Source of the DNA: Leptospiraceae bacterium
GTDB lineage: Bacteria > Spirochaetota > Leptospiria > Leptospirales > Leptonemataceae
Assembly (NCBI GenBank): GCA_040217195.1
Contig: JAVJNR010000004.1
Location: 640,001 to 704,000, forward strand
Direction: 5' to 3'
Length of the DNA stretch: 64,000 nt
Position numbers and translations under genes: made by a program. Below are positions 1 to 11,095 of this stretch, in pieces (positions within the stretch are counted from its first letter, which is position 1; each line of letters starts with the position of its first letter). The notes beneath the pieces were generated by a model. That model ran no database searches and had not been told where the DNA came from. It saw only the letters and a program-made list of their open reading frames with translations.

Positions 1-781
1 AGTGTCCCCGGGTTACGATTACAACGGTGCGTATCTTATCTTCTTGTTTGGCTCCCCCTACAAACCATACAGTTTTATTCCAGGCTCCGGTCTTACCATA
101 CAAATGCAGATCCGGATTACTGCTTCTATCCATTGCCGTTCTGGGCCATTCAATTAAAGGAAGTAACTCTGTGGATTTCGGAAGTTCTTCATTGAGAATC
201 CGTTCCATAAACATGAATTGATGCAAAGGCGTGGTTTTCATATCCCCGCCATGAACGATTTCTTCCATCTTCTCTGGCCATTGCGCAGGTAACTTGCCGG
301 GAAAGTAATCCAGAGCCTCCAGGGAATTACGAAAGAACGATGTACCTTTTTTTCGAGTGAGCTCTATAAAATAATCGTTACTGGAATACAGAAGGGCCTC
401 TGAAAGATTAATTTTCCGTGGAGTACCTTTGATGTATGGATCTTTCACCAGGATTTGAGTGTCTGGACTGAATCCATCTTTCAGCAATGCAAGTGCCAGG
501 GCGGGCTTGATTGTGGAGGCCGGGTCCAGAAGAAGTTTCTCCAGGTCAGTGTTGCCGTATCTTTGAACCGAGGAGCCTTCCTTGACCAGCACCAGAAAGC
601 TGGATTCTACCGGTGGACAGGTGGAGACGGGCAGAGACCGGGCCGAAGGGCTACAGGATGAGACCAGTAGCCAGAGCAGAATTAGAGTGACATAACCCGG
701 GATCTCATATGGCCTCTTACCCGATTGGGCCTTTAAGGTTGACCGCTCACCGGGCAAATTGCAGTTTCGAGTTGCGTTCAT
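1..781 (-). CDS. Penicillin-binding/class D beta-lactamase-like serine transpeptidase-fold lipoprotein (3' end runs off the window; start uncertain, ATG 781 or TTG 757)
   Basis: Not in the ORF track. Manual translation is open from 781 to the edge: LLWLLVSSC (lipobox-like), PASTIK (SxxK), YSSN (SxN), LYGKTG (KTG), WFVG. Confidence 0.75.
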   Translation of the reverse strand, partial: MNATRNCNLPGERSTLKAQSGKRPYEIPGYVTLILLWLLVSSCSPSARSLPVSTCPPVESSFLVLVKEGSSVQRYGNTDLEKLLLDPASTIKPALALALLKDGFSPDTQILVKDPYIKGTPRKINLSEALLYSSNDYFIELTRKKGTSFFRNSLEALDYFPGKLPAQWPEKMEEIVHGGDMKTTPLHQFMFMERILNEELPKSTELLPLIEWPRTAMDRSSNPDLHLYGKTGAWNKTVWFVGGAKQEDKIRTVVIVTRGH

Positions 782-3700
782 GGAATTGCCATCCTTCATA
801 CAGCTGAACTTTCATGCTATAAGCTCCAGTACGGCAACTGCATTCACTTTATTCGCAAGCCTTTTCTTTCTAATTTCCGTGCCGCGACGCTCAGCGGCCA
901 CTATGCATCTGGGACTGGGCCTGATGTTCATAGGCATTGCCAATGTGGCCTACATTGTTACCTCCACAGTGTACCATCCCATGGCAGCATTTCATCGCTA
1001 CCTGACTGTGTCCTTTGTTCCCCTGGCCGCACTTCATTTTGGGCACTTCTTCTGGAATTTTCCGAACAACCCGCACAAAACCCTTTCTCGCTGGTTGCTC
1101 TTATCTCAGTGGACCGTCACTCTCCTGCTAACGGGGCTCTTCATTCACTCCACCGCCGGCGGAGATCGCTGGTTTCGCTTCAGTGCCCATTACTGGGATT
1201 TCGCGGAGTGGGAGCTCAGTTCCTACATCGCCAATCTAATTGCACTCTTTGTTCTAATGGTGCCGGCCATTGCTGTCTGGAAGATGATTCGAAATGACCG
1301 TAAACTGCGCTGGACCATTTTCTGGATGATGCTCGCCTTCCTGGCTGGCACCCTCCTTCCTGCAGTGGCCAACAAGCTCAGTCATGCCGGCCGAATGAGT
1401 CGCGGCACTTTTCAAGTACTCTATAACCTGATGACGATTCTGGGCTTTTTTGCATTAATTGTAATCTACGTTAATAAAACTCTGGATCGCACTACGTTTC
1501 TGGCGAAAATCGTGGGGATTAGCCTGGTTACCATCCTGGTCATCTTTCAGTGGTTGAGCTATGCATCTTATTTGCAGGCAGAAAACGCTTATAACAGGCT
1601 TCGCATCAAAGATATAAAGCTATCCATTGCAACCGGGGAGCATTCACCGGATCTACAGTATCTAATTAAATATGAGCCCGAGCAAGGAGTCTCCTTCGTC
1701 TACCATACAGGGCCACCTGAATTACCGGACAGAATTCGAGATATGTTTAGGGTCGCTTCTTCTGTGGATGTGAAAGCAGCTCAAGGGGTTGCAACCCCCT
1801 TCAATCATGAAGAGTGGGCGGATGGCTATCTGCAAGGGTATGCCCATTATCTAACTTCGGAGGACTCAAAGACTACGGAGGAGAGATTCAAGGATTTACA
1901 GAAGCAACTTCGCATTCGGCGTATTCAAATACGAATGATGCCTCAACGTAAATCGGACCAACTGGAAGCAAATTTGCAGAAGTGGTCTGAATCAGATGGA
2001 ATTCTACAACCGTTCGACCAGGCCGCCTATAACGCCTGGCGGAGAATCAAAGAAGGTTCCAGTACTTCCGAAGAAAAGAAAGAGGAGCTTTTTCGCTATT
2101 ATCTTCCGGTCCATCCAGCCGGGGAACGCTACTACAGGGATGATCCAAATTACGGGCATCTGGTTTGTTTTGCCATACCTGGCTCAAGACCAGGGGAATA
2201 CTATGAAGCCGGGTTTTCCTATCTGGCATATAGACAGCAACAGATGGATGTTGCCCAGGCAGAATTCTGGATGCTCATCGGATGTTTAATCATCGTTCTG
2301 GCAGGTTTCCGGGTATTTTTTAAGCAGACCTTGATCGATCCTCTGCAGGCCCTGCTTAGAGGTGTACAGAAAATCAATACAGGGGACTTAAACATTCGAC
2401 TACCTGTTCAGGTTCAGGATGAAATCGGTTTTCTTACCGGTTCCTTCAATCGCATGGTTACTTCCATTCGGACAGCCCGGGGCCAACTTCAGGATTATGC
2501 CACAACTCTGGAAGATAGGGTACAGGAGCGGACACTGGAACTTCAGGATACAGTAAAGAGAATCCAGGAATTAAAAACCAGACAGGACGGAGACTTCTTT
2601 CTGACCAGCCTGTTAATCCATCCTCTAACGTCCAACCAGGTTCAAAGTCCTGGAATCCAGACCGATATGCTTCTTCTACAGAAGAAGAGGTTTTCTTTCC
2701 GTCGATGGAATGGAGAGATCGGCGGCGATTTTTGCAGCACACATACGATTGAACTTAGAGGTCGAAGATGTATTGTCTTTTTGAACGGCGATGCGATGGG
2801 AAAATCCCTGCAGGGTGCGGCCGGAGCACTCATTCTGGGAAGCGTTTTTGAGTCTATAATTCAGCGAACTGAGCTAAGCCAGGAGATTCAAACACTATAT
2901 CCAGAAATGTGGCTCAGGGATGCATACCTGGAACTTCAAAAGATATTCTGTACATTTGATGGGTACATGATGGCATCTATGGTTCTGGGTGTGGTTGAGG
3001 AGGATTCCGGGCTGATGTATTTCCTGAATGCGGAGCATCCCTGGCCGGTGCTCTATCGAAATTCGACTGCAACCTTTCCAGTAGTTGAACAGGATCGGAT
3101 TATTCATAAACTTGGAATTCCTCATTCAGAGAAAAATTTGCGAATCTACACTCTTCAGCTTCTTCCCGGCGATGTATTCATTTCCGGAAGCGATGGAAGG
3201 GATGATCTAATTATCGGTGCAGATTCAGAAGGAAATCGTATCTACAATATGGATGAGTCCGCCTTTCTTTCCGTTGTGGAGCAAAGCAAGGGTCATCTGC
3301 CTGCCATTCAGGACAATCTGCAGCAGAGAGGCCAGATTTCCGATGATCTTTCCCTGCTTCGCATTGAACTACAGGGACAGCAGGCCATTCCCAGAGTGGA
3401 AATATCGAAACAGGAGCTGGCATTAAAAGCCAGCGACCCATCCAGCTATGAGAGCGCCATAAATGAGCGAATTTCAGATCTACAGAGAAGCGGTGAACCC
3501 GTCCCGGCCGACCTGTATCGCGAGTTGTTTGAAATTTCATTTCGCAACCAGGACTATGAAAAGGCGGCTCGTATCAGCGATGAATGGTTACTAAGGCAGA
3601 ATGGCGATACCAGGTATCTTTATCTGTCTAGCTATGCACTTAAGAGATCGCAGAGAATCGAAGAAGCTCGTATCCAGGCCGAACGAGTGTTGCTTCGAGA

Positions 3701-3866
3701 TCCCCACCATGCAAATAATCTGGTAAACCTTGCAGATATCTATCGAATGCTTGGTCTGGTGGATAAAGCAGAGAATTGCATTGAAAGAGCTCTGGAATTG
3801 AGACCCGGGCATAAGAGCGCTGAATTAATCAAGAAAGCCTTGAGCGAATTGAGGGCCGAACTCTAA
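780..3866 (+). CDS. Membrane-bound SpoIIE/PP2C-family phosphatase with multi-TM N-terminus, HAMP domain and C-terminal TPR
   Basis: HAMP (DEIGFLTGSFNRM); PP2C motifs GGDF, GDAMGK, SDGRDD, DDLSL; TPR-like tail. ATG 780 preferred over TTG 759. Confidence 0.85.
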   Translation: MELPSFIQLNFHAISSSTATAFTLFASLFFLISVPRRSAATMHLGLGLMFIGIANVAYIVTSTVYHPMAAFHRYLTVSFVPLAALHFGHFFWNFPNNPHKTLSRWLLLSQWTVTLLLTGLFIHSTAGGDRWFRFSAHYWDFAEWELSSYIANLIALFVLMVPAIAVWKMIRNDRKLRWTIFWMMLAFLAGTLLPAVANKLSHAGRMSRGTFQVLYNLMTILGFFALIVIYVNKTLDRTTFLAKIVGISLVTILVIFQWLSYASYLQAENAYNRLRIKDIKLSIATGEHSPDLQYLIKYEPEQGVSFVYHTGPPELPDRIRDMFRVASSVDVKAAQGVATPFNHEEWADGYLQGYAHYLTSEDSKTTEERFKDLQKQLRIRRIQIRMMPQRKSDQLEANLQKWSESDGILQPFDQAAYNAWRRIKEGSSTSEEKKEELFRYYLPVHPAGERYYRDDPNYGHLVCFAIPGSRPGEYYEAGFSYLAYRQQQMDVAQAEFWMLIGCLIIVLAGFRVFFKQTLIDPLQALLRGVQKINTGDLNIRLPVQVQDEIGFLTGSFNRMVTSIRTARGQLQDYATTLEDRVQERTLELQDTVKRIQELKTRQDGDFFLTSLLIHPLTSNQVQSPGIQTDMLLLQKKRFSFRRWNGEIGGDFCSTHTIELRGRRCIVFLNGDAMGKSLQGAAGALILGSVFESIIQRTELSQEIQTLYPEMWLRDAYLELQKIFCTFDGYMMASMVLGVVEEDSGLMYFLNAEHPWPVLYRNSTATFPVVEQDRIIHKLGIPHSEKNLRIYTLQLLPGDVFISGSDGRDDLIIGADSEGNRIYNMDESAFLSVVEQSKGHLPAIQDNLQQRGQISDDLSLLRIELQGQQAIPRVEISKQELALKASDPSSYESAINERISDLQRSGEPVPADLYRELFEISFRNQDYEKAARISDEWLLRQNGDTRYLYLSSYALKRSQRIEEARIQAERVLLRDPHHANNLVNLADIYRMLGLVDKAENCIERALELRPGHKSAELIKKALSELRAEL

Positions 3867-3934
3867 TCCTGCTGGGCCATTCCCGGCCTTTTAGCCCTGG
3901 ATATTTGGTAAAACTTTCGGATAGAACGGGCGAA

Positions 3935-4384
3935 TCAGGACTGTTCTTCCAAATTCTTTATGCTCTGTATTTGACGCAGGTTCCACTCATCCTTGCTTAA
4001 TGGAGTGGAAAACCAGGCTTCCAGAATTTCACGGGCCAGAGGCTCGGAGGTTTTTCGCATACTGAGAGCCAGGACGTTGGCATGATTCCATATCCGCGCT
4101 CCCCGGGCGGTTTCCGCATCAGCACACAGTGCTGCACGAATTCCGACTACCTTGTTTGCAGCGATGGTAGCTCCTGTGCCGGTCCAGCACATTACGATAC
4201 CTTCATCGAATTCTCCGGCGGCAACTTTTCGCGCTGCTTGCGCCGTTACATCGGGCCAGTCCTTTTCCTCTCCCGGAGAAGGACCAATATAGACACATTC
4301 ATGGCCTGATTTCTTCACCGCTGCTTCCACAACGGGTATCAGACTTCCGTATTCATCGCTGGAGAAAACAATTCGCATAGACAC
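3935..4384 (-). CDS. rpiB: RpiB/LacA/LacB family sugar-phosphate isomerase
   Basis: CWTGTGATIAANKVVGIRAA and WNHANVL motifs. Confidence 0.85.
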   Translation of the reverse strand: MSMRIVFSSDEYGSLIPVVEAAVKKSGHECVYIGPSPGEEKDWPDVTAQAARKVAAGEFDEGIVMCWTGTGATIAANKVVGIRAALCADAETARGARIWNHANVLALSMRKTSEPLAREILEAWFSTPLSKDEWNLRQIQSIKNLEEQS

Positions 4385-4398
4385 ACTTCAGACTAGCA

Positions 4399-5520
4399 TT
4401 AATTCTTAATACTTGCAAGCATCAAGTTGGATGTCCCTTTTCGATAATTATATCCGATACCAAAAGGCAGAGGTTCGGCAGACTTTCTGTAAGCGGAACG
4501 AAGGTTTGCCTGGTATCTTTTATGGAATAAAGGAATGGGCCTGGTGTAATTACCATAAAGGGTAATGTTCCATTTCTCTGCGGAAAAATAGCCATATGGA
4601 ATGCCAGAATCCGTTTGAAGCACATGCTGACTTTCTTCCAGGATTAGACCACGAATTCGATTAAAGCTGGCATAATGCATCAGATAGGAAGCGGCCTTTA
4701 GATAGGTAACAACGCCCTGCTGCCTCTTAATAAAGGAGTGCAATCGTTTGTTTTTACCGTATGCAGAATCGGAAACATCCAGAGAAAAGTAGATCACTTC
4801 CTGAGGAGCGGCATCGCTGGACTTGCGAAAGTAGAATCGAATGCCGTGGATCGGTCCGCTATAACCCGGAGAACCCGCCGGGGCCTGGACCGTAACAAGG
4901 TTGCCCTCCGCATCCAGCTCCACGTAATCCACTTTAAGTATTTCATTACCGGAGCGGGCAATAAAGGATAATATCAAAGGTGCAGCTCCCATTTGACTGC
5001 GAATCAGATCTACTTTCATATCGTTTGTGCGAAAGAATGACCATTCCAGCACTGCAAACAAAGATTTGCGAATCAGAGTAAGCATATCCGCGGTTTCTTT
5101 CTGAGTCATGGTTAGCAGATCTGGCATCACTCCTGCCGGTTCCAGACCAAAGTGAATGTAGCGATTGGCATTCGGGAAGAAGGTAAATGCATGAAGAAAG
5201 TCCGGGCCTCCAAATGGGTAGAATACCGTTTCTGCATCCTCTCTGGCTTGCTTGAGCTCTGAATCAGCCCAGCTTCGCATGGGATCCAGCCTCTGAGGCT
5301 CCAGTTCAGACCAGCGGCTTTCAAAGAACTGGCGCTGAGCCTTAAAGGCAGCAAGGTTTCGAAGAGAAGAAGGAAGAGCGTCATCCTCCACCGGAAGTCC
5401 GGAGATATATCTGGCCACAGTATCTGCAGTGATAGAAACCTCCGGTGCTGCCTTCAGGTGCGCAGTAGGAGAGCCTAATAATAGAAGAAATAATACCGGG
5501 ACTAGAATTCTTGAATGCAT
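4399..5520 (-). CDS. Conserved hypothetical exported protein (YPFGGPDF motif)
   Basis: Signal peptide after ATG 5520 with AAGGA RBS; conserved-looking blocks YPFGGPDFL, SFFRT, KAASYLMH, QTDSGIP. Confidence 0.7.
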   Translation of the reverse strand: MHSRILVPVLFLLLLGSPTAHLKAAPEVSITADTVARYISGLPVEDDALPSSLRNLAAFKAQRQFFESRWSELEPQRLDPMRSWADSELKQAREDAETVFYPFGGPDFLHAFTFFPNANRYIHFGLEPAGVMPDLLTMTQKETADMLTLIRKSLFAVLEWSFFRTNDMKVDLIRSQMGAAPLILSFIARSGNEILKVDYVELDAEGNLVTVQAPAGSPGYSGPIHGIRFYFRKSSDAAPQEVIYFSLDVSDSAYGKNKRLHSFIKRQQGVVTYLKAASYLMHYASFNRIRGLILEESQHVLQTDSGIPYGYFSAEKWNITLYGNYTRPIPLFHKRYQANLRSAYRKSAEPLPFGIGYNYRKGTSNLMLASIKN

Positions 5521-5684
5521 GTAATCCTTTTCAGGACTGCGTCTGCACAGTAAACCGTTTTCGGTTGGGCTGCCAGGAAATCCCCGGGTGTACGACTCAG
5601 AGTAGGAATGGCCGGGCAGTTGCCCCATACAGCTCCATCGGGAAAATGAATGACCGGACGATCCATGATTGAGTCTCTGTAAAT

Positions 5685-6638
5685 GTGCGACTGGCTTATT
5701 TCATTCTGGGAACCATTCTGCCTCTGTCTGCATTCTTTTTGCCACTGTTCAGACCAATCCAGCCTACCGGTCAGATTGCAGTTTTTTTCATCGCATCGGT
5801 GGCTTCTGGATTGCTACCTACGATTGAATCCATACGACCCAATAGCCGCTTCAGAATCATGGATCCCTTGATACTGTGGCTCCTATATTCAACTACAGTT
5901 GTTCTAATCTTACTGGCAAACCCAGAAAACATCGCACTGAATCTTCCGGATCAGATTCGCGTAGATGCCCTGGAATATAAAAAGATTTTCTGGCAAGATG
6001 CAATCCCATTCGCACTGGGTATCCATCTATTCGTAGATCTGGTAGTATCCTTTGGGCTGGGTATTGGTATTCGTCGTCGAAGATTCATTATTCGCAAAGC
6101 AGCGGCCCATGAGAATATGGCTCAGAGACTGCAGGAGGTTCGAGAAAGGAGCGGGAAACCCACCGGTTTTTCCGAATTTTTTTATAAGAAATTAATGAGC
6201 AAGGCCATAGTATTTATGGGAGAGCGATTTGATATACTTCACTATGCAATATCGGCCTTTACTCTTTCGCAGAACAATGCGATCTATTTTTTTGATTTCC
6301 TGGATGCGCAAGAAGATCAAAGCCATTGGCCAAGGATAATTACCGCCGAACAATTTCTGCATAACCTGTGGCAGACTTCCGTTTTTCAGGGAAAGAGCCT
6401 CTACTACATTCAGCGTCCCGGGGAAATAGACTTTGCTTCCAGCATTCATGAAAATGATGAAGCGAAGCCTGTAGAAGAAGAAAAAGCAGCCGAAATCATT
6501 GCCGAGCTGAATGTTCGCTATCCATTACTGGAAACAAGTATTCCCTCCGCACGCGAAATACCGAACGCTCTGGAAAAGGATTGCAGAGTCATTGAGCTTT
6601 TTCCTTCTCCGGGAGCACGCGATCAGGGTCAACTGTAG
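5685..6638 (+). CDS. Hypothetical membrane protein
   Basis: 317-aa ORF with about four N-terminal hydrophobic segments. Confidence 0.6.
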   Translation: MRLAYFILGTILPLSAFFLPLFRPIQPTGQIAVFFIASVASGLLPTIESIRPNSRFRIMDPLILWLLYSTTVVLILLANPENIALNLPDQIRVDALEYKKIFWQDAIPFALGIHLFVDLVVSFGLGIGIRRRRFIIRKAAAHENMAQRLQEVRERSGKPTGFSEFFYKKLMSKAIVFMGERFDILHYAISAFTLSQNNAIYFFDFLDAQEDQSHWPRIITAEQFLHNLWQTSVFQGKSLYYIQRPGEIDFASSIHENDEAKPVEEEKAAEIIAELNVRYPLLETSIPSAREIPNALEKDCRVIELFPSPGARDQGQL

Positions 6639-6647
6639 CCAGCAGAC

Positions 6648-7370
6648 CTATCTGCGAAGCCAGCCCGTAATACAATAGCGATCCGAATAACATGGCAGTA
6701 CTTCATGCTCCAGATCCGGAGCATAGAAAACAACCATCCGACCTGCCACCGGTTCTACATCCAGAAAGCATTCCTGCCACTTCAAGGAAGCTCCGTTTTC
6801 GCAAGGCAATGACTCCTCTTTAAGCCCCAAATCCATGGTGGATTTGCCGGAACTTCTGCACTGTTTATCCGTGTCCAGATGCGGCGAAGTCAGAGCCCGG
6901 GATGGATCCCAGTAAACTCTGAGCTGCCCGCCATTTTCTTTTTTCCAGTTTCTATTTAAATAGAGAATGAATGTTACGATTCGGTTGTTTCGCCCCTGAA
7001 AATTATCCACATGCCGGCGATAGTGACTGCCTGGCCGGTAAACAGAATAGAAGGCTTCCCATTCTTTGAGGCCCATGAATAGATTTCTATTCAATTGATC
7101 CTTCAGATCTGAAATTAGATTCAGGAAGATCTTTGAAGCCCGGGGCGGTTTGCCTGGATCCAGCCATATCAATTCGCTTTTCCGAATCTTTTGCTTCAGC
7201 TCTGCCGAAGAGCCCACACCTGCATCCTGGAATTCGCCGCGAAGCCGCCGTCCATCAAAGTCTTGAATGATCTTCTGGCAAGATTCATCCTCCAGCACAT
7301 TGTCCAGAATGAAAAATCCTCTGCCTTCCAGGGCAGCCAGTGAAGAAGACCAATCGGCGATGGCTGTCAC
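6648..7370 (-). CDS. 2OG-Fe(II) oxygenase, EGLN/PHD prolyl-hydroxylase-like
   Basis: YRRHVDNF (HxD), ILYLN, GGQLR, HEVLP...R.CITGW. Confidence 0.85.
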   Translation of the reverse strand: MTAIADWSSSLAALEGRGFFILDNVLEDESCQKIIQDFDGRRLRGEFQDAGVGSSAELKQKIRKSELIWLDPGKPPRASKIFLNLISDLKDQLNRNLFMGLKEWEAFYSVYRPGSHYRRHVDNFQGRNNRIVTFILYLNRNWKKENGGQLRVYWDPSRALTSPHLDTDKQCRSSGKSTMDLGLKEESLPCENGASLKWQECFLDVEPVAGRMVVFYAPDLEHEVLPCYSDRYCITGWLRR

Positions 7371-7509
7371 AGAGCCGAAAAACGGAGGTATAAGAAGAAA
7401 AGTAAACTCAAATGCTCAATTCCTGCGAAAAAGACAATTTCTGTCAGCCGATGGCCCCCGGAATTCAGGTCATGAACGGGCATGATTCCCTGGCCGCCTG
7501 CCTGAAAAT

Positions 7510-7914
7510 CTAAGTTGCTTTTCGATTCTGATGGTGCCTTCGGTACATTTGCCGGCTGAGAAAAAACAGTCCAAAGGAGACAATAAAAATCAGCACCCAG
7601 ATCAGAAAGGCCAGATCAATCCGGGTTGGAATTCCGGGAAAGAAACTGTAAATCAAAAGTCCCAGTCCGGCCCCCAGCAAGCCTCCGGGAAGAGTATACG
7701 ACATACAATCACGGAGGGAATCTTTTCGGGCCATTCGAAAGGAAATTCCCAGTCCCAGAGTGGCTGGAATCATGATGGCTAACCCCAGGAATTGAAAAAA
7801 CAAATAAGAAGGAGGATCTATTCTTAGAAGGGAGAATAGAAAGACTACATGGATGAGCACCTGGGTTAGGGCCAGGCTACCTAAATACAGGGCTGTCCAG
7901 CTAATTGATCCCAA
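7510..7914 (-). CDS. Hypothetical 4-TM membrane protein
   Basis: Four hydrophobic helices; fills the gap between neighbouring genes. Confidence 0.55.
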   Translation of the reverse strand: MGSISWTALYLGSLALTQVLIHVVFLFSLLRIDPPSYLFFQFLGLAIMIPATLGLGISFRMARKDSLRDCMSYTLPGGLLGAGLGLLIYSFFPGIPTRIDLAFLIWVLIFIVSFGLFFLSRQMYRRHHQNRKAT

Positions 7915-8013
7915 GTTCAGTCATAATGCGACAGGGACTCAAGATCGAAAGCGAAAAAGGATTTCAATTTCTACTTTTCTACAGAACATGAATCTGCAAA
8001 GTGGAGGCCTATC

Positions 8014-8445
8014 ATGAAACGCTTCATTAAGAAAATCCTGATCCCCGTAGATGGATCTGACACATCCAAGAAAGCCCTGGAGATGGGCCTGGCCATAGCC
8101 GAGGCGGCTGGTGGCAGCGTCACTGTCCTGGAAGTAATCGAAGAATTTGGCCCTCTGCCCGGTTACTACGAAGCAGCACCGGCAGGTGCCAATCGGGTGC
8201 AGTGGGTGGCTGAACAGAGGTTTGAAAAGATCCACACTCCGCTGGACAATACCAGCGTACCCTGGGAAAGAAAGGTGGAAGAAGGCTATGCAGCAGAGAC
8301 CATCTGCAAGGTAGCCGAAGAAGGAAAGTATGATCTGATCCTGATTGGTAGCCGTGGACTGGGCGTCCTGGGGCGCTTCCTACTGGGTTCTGTTTCTGAT
8401 CGTGTTGTACACCACGCTCCTTGCAGCGTAACTGTGGTTCGCTGA
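8014..8445 (+). CDS. Universal stress protein
   Basis: ILIPVDGS and GSRGLG...LLGSVS...[20 protein letters not shown]. Confidence 0.92.
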   Translation: MKRFIKKILIPVDGSDTSKKALEMGLAIAEAAGGSVTVLEVIEEFGPLPGYYEAAPAGANRVQWVAEQRFEKIHTPLDNTSVPWERKVEEGYAAETICKVAEEGKYDLILIGSRGLGVLGRFLLGSVSDRVVHHAPCSVTVVR

Positions 8446-8489
8446 ACCAAAATCTTGCAGTCATTCGTATTCAATAGCAGGAGGAATAG

Positions 8490-9485
<996 letters not shown>

Positions 9486-9506
9486 TTTTCGAAGCCCTGT
9501 TTCTGT

Positions 9507-9534
9507 AAAAGCCCGGGGCTAGCTCCGGGCTTTT
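9507..9534 (+). terminator. Rho-independent terminator after gap
   Basis: AAAAGCCCGGGG-CTAG-CTCCGGGCTTTT hairpin with T tract. Confidence 0.8.
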
Positions 9535-9679
9535 CTATTTATACATTGCAGGTTGCCCGGGCCAGATTTAGAAGCCCTGAACAGGGGCTTAGATTGGAAT
9601 AGACAGGTCTGCATATCGGGCTGTGGACTTGAAACCCAGGAAAGGCGGATTGCTAAAACCATTAGAACAAGAGGAAATC

Positions 9680-10903
9680 ATGGCAGGATTTGCAAGAAAG
9701 ACTATCGAAGACATTGACGTGAAAGGTAAACGAACCCTGGTTCGCGCCGATTTTAATGTGCCCATCAAAGAAGGCAAGGTAACCAACGACAAGAGACTGC
9801 GAGCCACACTCCCTACGCTAAAGTATCTTCTGGACCATGGCGCAAAGATTATTCTAATGAGCCACCTGGGACGTCCCAAAGGTCAGGTAAAACCAGAATA
9901 CTCCCTGCGCCCGGTGCGCGAAGCCCTGGCCTCCTTGCTCGAGCAGGAACTGGGAAAGAAATTTAACGTTCTGTTCTGCTCGGAAAGTATAGGACCGGAT
10001 GCAGAAAAAATGGCCCACAGCCTTAACGAAGGTGAAATACTACTCCTTGAAAACGTTCGATTTCATGCAGGGGAAGAAAAGAATGATCCGGAGCTGGCAA
10101 AATCCCTGGCAAAATTGGGTGAGATATATGTAAACGATGCCTTTGGAACAGCCCATCGAGCACATAGCTCCACTGCAGGGGTGGCCGACTATATTCGGCC
10201 TGCAGTATGTGGTTTGCTTCTGAGAGATGAACTGGTTTATCTGGGTGGAGCGATTACCGAGCCTGCTCGTCCATACGCTGCCATTATTGGTGGCGCGAAG
10301 ATCTCCGGTAAGATAGACGTAATTGAGAATCTACTTCCTCTAGTGGACAAGCTTCTAATTGGCGGAGCAATGATGTTTACTTTTTTCAAGGCCAAAGGGA
10401 TGGAAACGGGAAAGTCTCTGGTAGAAGCGGACAAAGTGGATCTGGCAAAGAGGCTTTTAGAAAAAGCAGGCAGCAAGATTGTGCTACCTGTGGACACTGT
10501 AATAAGTAAAGAGTTCAATCCAGATGAGATGACTGCCGGCAAGCTCGATACCATTCAAGTAAGTGATATGCCGGTAGACGGAATCGGGTTGGATATTGGT
10601 CCCAAAACGATTGAAGAATTCTCTGGCATTCTATCCGGATGCAAGACTATAATCTGGAATGGACCCATGGGAGTCTTTGAGTTGAATGCAACTGCAGTGG
10701 GCACCTTTGCAGTTGCAGGTGCTCTGGTCCGGGCCACGGAAGCAGGCGCTACAACCATAATCGGAGGCGGAGACTCGGCCGCTGCCATCGAAAAGGCAAA
10801 CCTGGAGGACAAGGTGTCCCATGTTTCCACCGGTGGAGGCGCATCCCTGGAGTTGCTGGAAGGTAAGATCCTTCCAGGAGTGGCAGCTCTGGACGAAAAG
10901 TAG
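9680..10903 (+). CDS. pgk: Phosphoglycerate kinase
   Basis: [34 protein letters not shown] 9680 with GAGG RBS. Confidence 0.98.
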   Translation: MAGFARKTIEDIDVKGKRTLVRADFNVPIKEGKVTNDKRLRATLPTLKYLLDHGAKIILMSHLGRPKGQVKPEYSLRPVREALASLLEQELGKKFNVLFCSESIGPDAEKMAHSLNEGEILLLENVRFHAGEEKNDPELAKSLAKLGEIYVNDAFGTAHRAHSSTAGVADYIRPAVCGLLLRDELVYLGGAITEPARPYAAIIGGAKISGKIDVIENLLPLVDKLLIGGAMMFTFFKAKGMETGKSLVEADKVDLAKRLLEKAGSKIVLPVDTVISKEFNPDEMTAGKLDTIQVSDMPVDGIGLDIGPKTIEEFSGILSGCKTIIWNGPMGVFELNATAVGTFAVAGALVRATEAGATTIIGGGDSAAAIEKANLEDKVSHVSTGGGASLELLEGKILPGVAALDEK

Positions 10904-10921
10904 CTGGAAGGACCTGGCCTC

Positions 10922-11081
10922 TGGATGCCAGGACCCCGGTTCTTTGGTACATAATTGTCCGCCCCTGGTGTAGTTTGCAGGGGCTTTGTACGAAAATACC
11001 CTGCGAAAGGAAATTTTGTCCAATGATGACCAGGCATGGACAAAAAGTACCAATCCATGTTGTGCTTGCACAATGCATCCA
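10922..11081 (+). other. Nested inverted repeats; candidate structured RNA between pgk and the cyclase
   Basis: Five nested stems (see findings). Confidence 0.4.
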
Positions 11082-11095
11082 AATTCGCTTAAGTA

